From: Candidatus Hydrogenedentota bacterium
GTDB taxonomy: Bacteria; Hydrogenedentota; Hydrogenedentia; Hydrogenedentales; SLHB01
Assembly (NCBI GenBank): GCA_045863295.1
Contig: BTWA01000008.1
Location: 123,774 to 187,773, forward strand
Reading direction: 5' to 3'
Length of the DNA: 64,000 nucleotides
Shown here: piece by piece, positions 15,213 through 24,200 of the stretch
Position numbering within the stretch: the first letter of the stretch is position 1
Layout of the letters: the number at the start of each line of letters is the position of its first letter
The notes under the pieces: model-generated
Database searches by the model: none
What the model was told of the DNA's origin: nothing
Seen by the model: only the letters and a program-made list of their open reading frames with translations
Position numbers and translations under genes: made by a program

Positions 15213-18200
15213 CTAGCTTACCCTTGATAGTCTGCGGTTTCTGGCTGAACACAGTCCCATCACGGTCATGGCTATCAGCAGAGCGAACAGGTCTCCGAAT
15301 CCGCTCATAGAGGGTACGTTTTGTTCGATTCCTACGGGGCCTACGGCTATCAAACCACCGTGGGTGAGGGACACGGCTAGATGGTCTTCGTTGAATTCGA
15401 TACCGGAAGGGCCACCTAGGAGCATGCCTTCCACCATTTCAATTGGGAACCAACCGGGATCAGAGGCGTCCGCGAGATAGCAGTAAACAGCATGCTTGGA
15501 TGGATCGTACGTTCCGGGAATCGTCACCAAGAGTGAACGTGTATCCGCCTGGGGTCCATCCGGATTTGCGAACATCGGGTTCATCATACCTTCCGGCAAC
15601 GTCACCACGCTGGCGGGATCGGGGAGTTGGTTGACGACACTAAACGTAAACGCTTGGGTTTCGATTCTCTCCTCGTTCCAGGTATTGCAGGATGCAATGA
15701 ATGTCACTTCATCGCCCAACGTCCATGATGATTCTGGCCGGATAACGACCCATCCGTCAGTGTTGTCTGTTCCTTCAATTGGTTGCCACTCGAATTCAAA
15801 CGGAAGCCCGAGTGGGGCTTGCAAATCCACCCGAATGGATTGGGTATCCAACGGAGTGCCGGCCCGTAAACGGAGTGCGATGGTTCCATCCGGGGTCAGT
15901 GCTCGCATCCGATCACCAAGCGGGACTGCAGGCAGAGCGGCTTCGAATGCGATACGACGTGTGCGATTGCCGGTGTCCGCGTCTTTGGTATCTGGTAGTT
16001 TGACGAATCCTCCGTCTGGATCGGACCATGGTCCCTTGGAGCCTCCGACACCCAGCGCCTGGACCCAATACACGGTGTTGACCTGATTGTATGTAGTTCC
16101 ACCGCCGCCGCCGCAACCGCCGCCGCCGGGTTGTGGGGTTTCGGTGGGAGGCGGAGCCTCCAAATCGTCGTAGGTGGTTCCAGTCACGTCTTTGACCTGG
16201 ACGGCTTGGCCCAGATCCCAGGAGGAGGTAGCGCGCATGATTTTGTAGCCGGTAGCATTGGGCACTGGTTGCCATGTAAGGCGAATCCGATCCACGAATT
16301 CACCGTCACTGGCGGACAGTCCAGTGGGTTTCGCCAAGGTGGCTGGCGTATACGTAATGGTGCGCGTCGCCGGTTGATTCGGCAGCACGTCGACTTCAAT
16401 GACGGGGTCGACTGACCACCCGGCCACGTCGCTCATTCTTATTGCATGCTTTCCTACGACGGTTTCGACCGTCTGGCCGGATTCCCGCCAGGGCCCGGTT
16501 GCATCGAGTTGCCACCGCGCCGTAGCCTGGATGTCCGTGGGAAGTATGTGGATGGTCAGATTGCTTTTCTGCCGAGCGTATTCGATGTCCAGGTCGGTTA
16601 TTTCCTGATTGCGCACTTCAACATTGGTCATGGGAACCGGGGTGGCCCATCCGGATACGTCTTGGAAGTTCACCGTATAGAACCCGGCGACAAGGCCGGT
16701 CAGCGCCTCTCCGCTGTTGTTCCAATTTCCACCTTCAATCTTCCATTGCGGGGCGGTTTGCGCGTTTCCTTCCAGTCGCGTCGTGATTTTTAGTGTGCCT
16801 TTGTGTTGTATGTATTGGGCAGTGCGCACGACAGGCGTATTGACTGAGACATTGATGTCTATGCTGCCGGGTGTTGTCCAATTGGCTACATCTTTAAACG
16901 CGATGCGATGTGGACCCACCGGCACGCCATTAAGCGTAGTAGCGCTGACTTGCCATTCGCCGTCGTCCAAGCGCCAGCGGGCGTCGGCGGGAAACGGTAC
17001 ATCAAGCGTGACTTGTACGGTGGCCGTGTGCGGTGTGTAAGCACCTTGAACGACTATGGGGTCCCGGCCCTCGACCGTGACTTCTTGATTGCCGGGTTTC
17101 GACCAATTCGGGACATCGCTGAACTCAACGGTGTAATCGTTGGGGCGCAGACCGCCGACGATATCGCCGTTGTTCCTCCAGTCGCCGTTCAGTATTCTCC
17201 ACTGTGCGCCGGCCAAGGCAGGATTGTCCGGAAGGACAACGCCTTGTATTGCTCCGGGGACTTCATAGTCCGCTGTCACTTCGAGCGTGTCGTTTTCTTG
17301 GACGGTAACCTGCATCGGAAGGGGCTTGAGCCAGTCTGTTACTTCCGTAAACGTGACCACATGATTTCCCACTGCCAAATCGTTCAGCAGGTGGCCGGAA
17401 TCGAATTGATCAAGACCACCGTCGAGCATCCATTTTGCGCCGAGGGGAAGCACATCTGATGGTTCAATTGTTATTTTGAGCGAGCCCGTTCGTTCCTGAT
17501 ATTCGCCTTCAATGGTCAGAGTGTCGTTGTCATTGAGTTGGACAAGAATATTTCCGGGCTTGCGCAAGTTTGCCAGCGAGATTTCATTGAAGACGACGGT
17601 ATACGATCCGGCCGGCAATGTGACTTGTTCGCCACTCATTCTCCACACAGAACCGTTGTCGATGCTCCACCTCGCACCGGCGTTGACCGCTTCTTGCGGC
17701 GACAGGTTCATGGTCAACTTACCTTGACTGTAGTGACCGCTAACCGTCGCGGGTTGATTGTGGTTGACGGCAATTGGATTGTCTTGCGGCGCGAGCCACC
17801 CCGGAACTGGCTTATACACGATTGTATAGAGACCGGTCGGCAAGGTCTGAATATCTCCACTTTGAAGCCAGGTCTGACCGCCATCGATACTCCAGCGCGC
17901 GCCCGCATCCCTCGCTGCCTGGGGCGTGATGGTGACCTCCAGTGTGCTGGTGTGTCTTTCATACTCTCCGGAGGTTTGCGTGGGTTGATTGTGAATCACT
18001 GTAACTGACACGGGATCGGGAGAACTCCAGTCCGCTACAGAATTGAACGAAACCGTATAGGGACCGGTTGGCAGCGTGATGGTTGCTCCGCTTACTTGCC
18101 ACGACTGACCGCCGTCGGCGCTCCAGCGCGCTTCCAGCAGATCCACCGGGATCGTAGTGACCTGCAGCGTGCCGGTTTGCCGTGTATAGGTGCCGCTTGC

Positions 18201-21200
18201 CGTCGAAGGCTGGTTGTGCGCAATGTCTACCGAAACATTGCTGGGAGTCGAATATCCGTCGACGGGCTTGAACGTGACGGTATAAGGTCCGGTTGGTAAC
18301 GCAACGGTTGCGGAGCCAGTGTGCCACGTCTGGCCTCCGTCCGTGCTCCACCGGGCCGCGGACAGATTGGCCGGCAAGGTGGCTACCTGTAATGTACCGG
18401 TGTGTCTTATGTACTCGGCACTTACTTGATTCGGTTGGTTATAGACGATCGTGACTGGAATGTCCGCCGGCGTAGTGTAGTCTGCAACGGGCTTGAACGA
18501 GAGTGTGTACGAACCGGTTGGCAACGTTACCGTTTCCGCTTGCGTGTGCCAGGTCTGTCCTCCATCAACGCTCCATGCGGCAGCCGCTAGGTTGAGTGGC
18601 GCGATACTGACTTGCAGTGTGCCAGTTTGGCGTACGTATTGACCCGATACCGGGGTTGGAGTTCCCGGGCTTGCGGAGACTGGCATATTGGAGGGCGTGT
18701 TCCACCCGGCTGCGGGCGAAAACGTGACGGTGTAGTTACCCACGGGGAGTTCTTCCGTGTGTCCGCTTGAGAAGGATCCGGCCCTCCCTGTGATTTGCCA
18801 TTGGGCCGTGCCCGCCAATTCCAGTGGCAAAATGTTGACCTGAATGTATCCTTTTTGTTGATACGTGACGTTGACGGGCGTCTCTATGCCCGCAGTCACA
18901 AACGCGGTTACATTTTGAGGCGTGTACCAGCCGTCGACGGGTTTGAATGAGACTGAATACTGGCCAGGGTTGAGTTGCGGCGATGGATCGCCGCTTACCC
19001 GCCAGACGTTGTCGCCTGTCTGCCAACGTGCACCCGCTGTGAGCACCTGGCTGGGCAGCATCGTTGCTCTGATCGTGCCGGTGGATGGAGTCAGGTTGAT
19101 TACACGCTGTGTGGTACCCGATTCGCTGACGGTGACGTTTAGAACCGTTTGATCGAGGTATCCTGGCGCATCTTTGATGGTAACGTTGTAAGTACCCTCT
19201 TGCAGACCGTTGAACCTGCGCGAACCGTCCGATTCTACGGGTTGCTCAGCGGCAAACAATGTTGACACGCCGGTAACGCTTACTTTCGCAACAGATACTG
19301 GTATCGAGGCTAGATTCAGCACGAATATCTCGAGTTTCCCGGTAACTGCAGGCGCCGTTGCTCGCCAAACGCGCAGTGCGTAGTCATTTCCTTCGCCGAA
19401 GTCGGCATCTTCACTACGCACTTGAGCGTAATACGTGCCGGAACTGTCCACTTGCCATGTGACGCGAGACGCGAGATCTCCGAGTCCTCGATTGTCGTTC
19501 TCCGGCAGTGCAAGCACGCCATTATCGCGATACAATCCAATCACGGTATCGCAATCGTGCCCGAGATTAGCTGTCTCCGCGGTAATGACGGTTCCGGCCT
19601 CAGCATAGAACTTGACCCAATCCAAATCGCCGGCCTGATGGAAATTATGCTGTTGATCGGGATACGCATCCACACCGATCCACTGTGCGGCCTCGATTGT
19701 GTCATCGGTCTCCCACGCGTCCATCTGGATTCCTTGCGGATGCGGTTTGACCACGCGCGTGCCAACGGGATCCGAGGCGATTCCCCGGGTGTCCACGGCG
19801 GTAATCGAAATCGTGTATGTGCCAAATGCTTCATAGCCGTCGTAGGTGAATTCGAAGTGGTCCGGCGATGTTTCGGTCAGCATGCGTTCGATAGCCGGAG
19901 CGCCATCCGGAGGCGTAATAACGGCTCGAATGTAGTCGACCGTCAGCATTGTCAAAACGTCTTCAATCCATATCGTGGCGGAAGACTCGTCTGGGCCTAG
20001 AGTAATGGTATCCGAAACGCTTCCGATTCGCGGGTTGTCACCCGCTCGCACTACATTTGTGCCGATGGAATACCGGCCGGCGTAGATACCGTCGAGACGG
20101 GCGTCATACGTACCGGATCCATCGTCATCCAGTTCGGCATTCTGACCGGAAGCAAAGCGCATGGCCTCGGCAGCGTTGGTAAAGGCCTCGCCCACGCCGC
20201 GGCCCAGTGCGGTTTCAATCCAGAAGAATGCGGAAAAACTGGTTACTCCGCCGCTTGCAAAAGTGGCGACTTCGCCCGCGCCGGTGCTGGCGATGGTAAT
20301 GCGCTTTTGCCCGGATTCGGCCTTGAGCGGCCCCAGCATGCTTCCTGAACCGCTTGCATCGCAGATTACGGTAACGGTACCCGGTATGGAGTCCTGCGCG
20401 TCATCGATCCAGCCGTCGAACACATCCCAATACAGCAAATCGTCGGCGCCTTCGTCGAGCCAGAACCCGCCGAGGGTTCCGGGGCCAATCAGATAGATGG
20501 TCAGGTCAAGCGTGTTTACCGCTCCCCACTGTTTAATGGCATTCTCCAGCGCGGTGGAGGATGGTGCGGCGTAGGCGTTGTTCACGCTGAGATCCGTTAG
20601 AAACCGTATGTCGTTCGGCGCATAGGTCTGTATGGTAAGTGCGCTGTACGCCCATTTGGAGGCCCAATCGTACGAATCCCAATCCGGCGACGCGGGATCG
20701 GCACTGTTGACAATGATGGCCTTTCGTGTCGGTGGCGCACCGACATGCACGGTGGTTGTATACGGTCCGGCTGTATTGCCGTTGCTATCCAAGGCGAAGA
20801 TATCGACTTTGTAAGCGCCTTCTTGGACGAACTGATCGTAGATTCCCTCGTAGCTTCCATCCGGCTGCAGCAGCATGTCCACTCGCGCACGATCAATGAT
20901 GGCCATGGTGGAAAAGAAAGCGCTGTAGGTTGGCGGTGTGACAATCGCCCATACACTTTCAATGCCGTCTTCGTCTTCAATATTGTCTGCCCAGATTATC
21001 GATTCGCTCACTCCGACGATGCTATGGTCGGGGTCATAGTTGCCGATGTCCGGCTCTTCCCAGTGCCTGTCAGTCCCTTTGCCAATGAAAACAGCGTTTG
21101 CGATGTCAAAGTCCGCTTGCTCGTTGTCGATGTCGTTACCATTTGCGTCCATGCGCGGGTTTTGTCCGGACCATGTCATGGCTTGTTCAGCACGGTCGAA

Positions 21201-24200
21201 CGCGGCGCCGACGGAGTCTCCGTTGAGAATCTGCATCCAAAAGAAGGTGGAAAAAGACAGCAGACCATTGGCCACAAAATTGGCGGCTTTTTCAATTCGA
21301 GTACTTGTGATAATGATCCGGCGGCCGGCATACTGCGGCAGCGACAGCGATTCCAGAAATGAGCCCGATTCGCATGCGTCATACACAATGACAAGCGTGC
21401 CGCTGATGTTGTCCTGAATGGTGTTCAGCCATGTGGCCAAATCGCTCTCGGAGAGAATTTCGTTGGATTCATTCAGCCGGAATTTGCCTGGAGCGCCGTG
21501 ATCAACCAGATACACCACCACGTTGTCGACGGCTTCCCCATTTACGGGCTCAATGGCTTTCTGGGTTAGCGAGAATTCAACTTCGGTATTGGTGGCCCAT
21601 GCGTCGATGTCGTGCGTTGCATCTCCGTCGAGGGAGAGATTGATGACCGGCGACACGGTATAGATGGCTGTGCGCACAATGCCTTGCTGCGTCATAGCCT
21701 TAAAGGCGGAACTGGCCGCCGAGGTGGTCGCCGACCAGAGGCGATTGCCTTCGTAGGGACCGCCGCCCAGAACCAGTACGGCGCGGTTGATATCCGGTTC
21801 GGGGAGCGGCGCTTGTGCACGCCGGTACTTTTGTACGCGGAAGTTGTTTGAATCTGCAATGTACAGGGAATGGCTGGAGTCTGTTGCCATTCCGCGCGGC
21901 GTGTCGAATTGTCCTAGATCAAAGCCGTAGGATCCAAATGCCTCGAGAAATCCGCCGTTGGCGTCAAAGCGTTGAATTCGGTGACCACCAACGTCCGATA
22001 CAAAGACGGATCCATCCGAAGTGACCGCCAGTCCCGCGGGTGCCTCGAAACGACCATACCCCGTTGTTCCTGTGGAAGAGTACCAGAGGCTACCCCAGCT
22101 AAACTCAAAATCTCCGTTGGCGGCAATCTTAATTACGCGTCGCCGCCCCGCATCGAGTGCGTAGAAGGATCCATCGTCAAGTACGGCCACGTCGGCGAGA
22201 GCGTAAACCTGGGCCGGGCCGTAACCCACTTCACCCCATTCATCCAACAACGCTCCGGTCACGCCGTCAAATACTTCGAAACCATCGCTGTAAATGGCAT
22301 AGACCGTATCGTCGGGCCCGGCTGAGACGGCGACCAATTCCCGGCTCACAGTCCACGTGTCTTGAAACGAGCCGTTTAGATCGAATCGCTGAATACAGTC
22401 GTTTCCGTTGTCGGCGGCAAACAGGTGGCCGCCTGAAGTAATAGCGACATCAACCAGCGCGTCAAACTCTCCTTCACCGGTGCCCTGAGTGCCAAAACTT
22501 GTCCAGATGCCGGAAGTGGAATCACGCCGCTGTATGCGCCAGTTTTCGCTGTCGGCAACGTACAGAGAGTTGTCTGAAGCGACGGCCACGCCGAGTGGTT
22601 TGCGGAATCTGCCCGGGAGAACGCCGCCCTTGCCCCATTCTTTCTTGAATGTGCCGTTCTCATGGTACTTTTGCACGGCTTGCGAATCGCCCAGTACATA
22701 TACGGATCCGGCGGAATCCACCGTCATATCTGTAAATTGATAGCCAAACGCGTTCCACGTAAGCACGACATTGCCAGCGTTGTCCAATTTACGGATTACG
22801 CCAAGATTGTCCATAACCCATACTGATCCGTCGGCGTGCGTGGACACTGCAACAAGTGTACCTGTTGTGGGCACATTCCAACTCGAGTATGGCGCACCTA
22901 CTCCGTCGAAACGCTGAATGGCGGTTCCACTTATTACGTACACGGTGCCGTCAGGGCCGACTGCGATGTCGGTTCCCGAACCGGCCCAGTAGGCAAGGAC
23001 GTCGGTCGTGTTGGCGCGGTAAATCAGGCCTCCCGCGAATATGCCGAAGCCGCTTCCGTCCGGACCGCCGGCGACGGCTGTGCCTTGCAAGTTCACGTAG
23101 CGAGTTAGGAAGGCTCCGTTTCGATCGAAAAGCCGGACATGGAACGAATCAGCCACAATTACGATGCCTTGATTCGTCACCGCGATGTCAACCGGTCCAA
23201 GAAATTCCCCTTCATCGAACCCGTATTTGCCCCAGGTGAGCAGGAATCGGCCGCTGCTGTCGGTCTTTACGACGCGGTGGTTGTCGGTGTCTGCAACGTA
23301 CACGTTGCCGTCCGAGTCGACGGCGATACCTCTCGCTGACGGTGAATACGCCGTTCCACCTGTCGGGGTATCCGGCCACATACGATCGAATTCGTACAGA
23401 ATGGAAGAAGGATCGATCGGACCGTACAGATTCAACGTTACGTATCCATCGCTGTTGTCGACAACAATGTAATACGTTTCACCCTGAATGGCCTGGAATC
23501 CGACAATTGTGATTCCTTGGGCAATTACCGTTAGTCCGCCCAATGCGTTCCCGGTAACGATGGAGATTAATGTGGAATACTGACTGCCATATGTATTGAC
23601 TTCCACTTGCCCGTCGGCGGGGGCCGTCCATCGCCACCAGATGGAATCATTCCGTTGGCCGTAGACGTAGTCGGGTTCACCGTCTTCCCCGGTTGCACCT
23701 TCTGCATTGACGACGGATTGCGCCGTTGCCCCGGAGAGCTGGATGGCATTGGCAAAGTTATCGTTGGGTGGCGGCGGCATTTCAGACCAGTTCAGCACTA
23801 TGGCGCCGACGCTGGTCCCGTAGTAGTCCTTGCTCACCCGAATGAAGTAGGTGATTCCCGACACGACATCGACAGTGACACGGCTTGCAGGCTCGGGGCG
23901 AGACGTAGAGCTTATGGGCAATTCCGTCAGTCTATCTACCGATTCTCCGGAATAGACTTCCAGAAGAGTTCCAAACTCGCTGCCTTCTGTCGTAAACGTG
24001 TACTCTCGCGTTAACGGGGCCGTCCATCGCCACCAAATAGAATAGTTGGAACTGGAGTACGTTGGTTCGTTCCATTCCGTCGTTGCACCCAGGTTGGTAC
24101 TGCTGGACTGTCCATTTGATCCGGTTATGACTATGGCGTCTTCAAATAAATCGTTTACAGGCGCGTTTGCACTCGACCAGTTCAACCGAAAATTGCCTAT

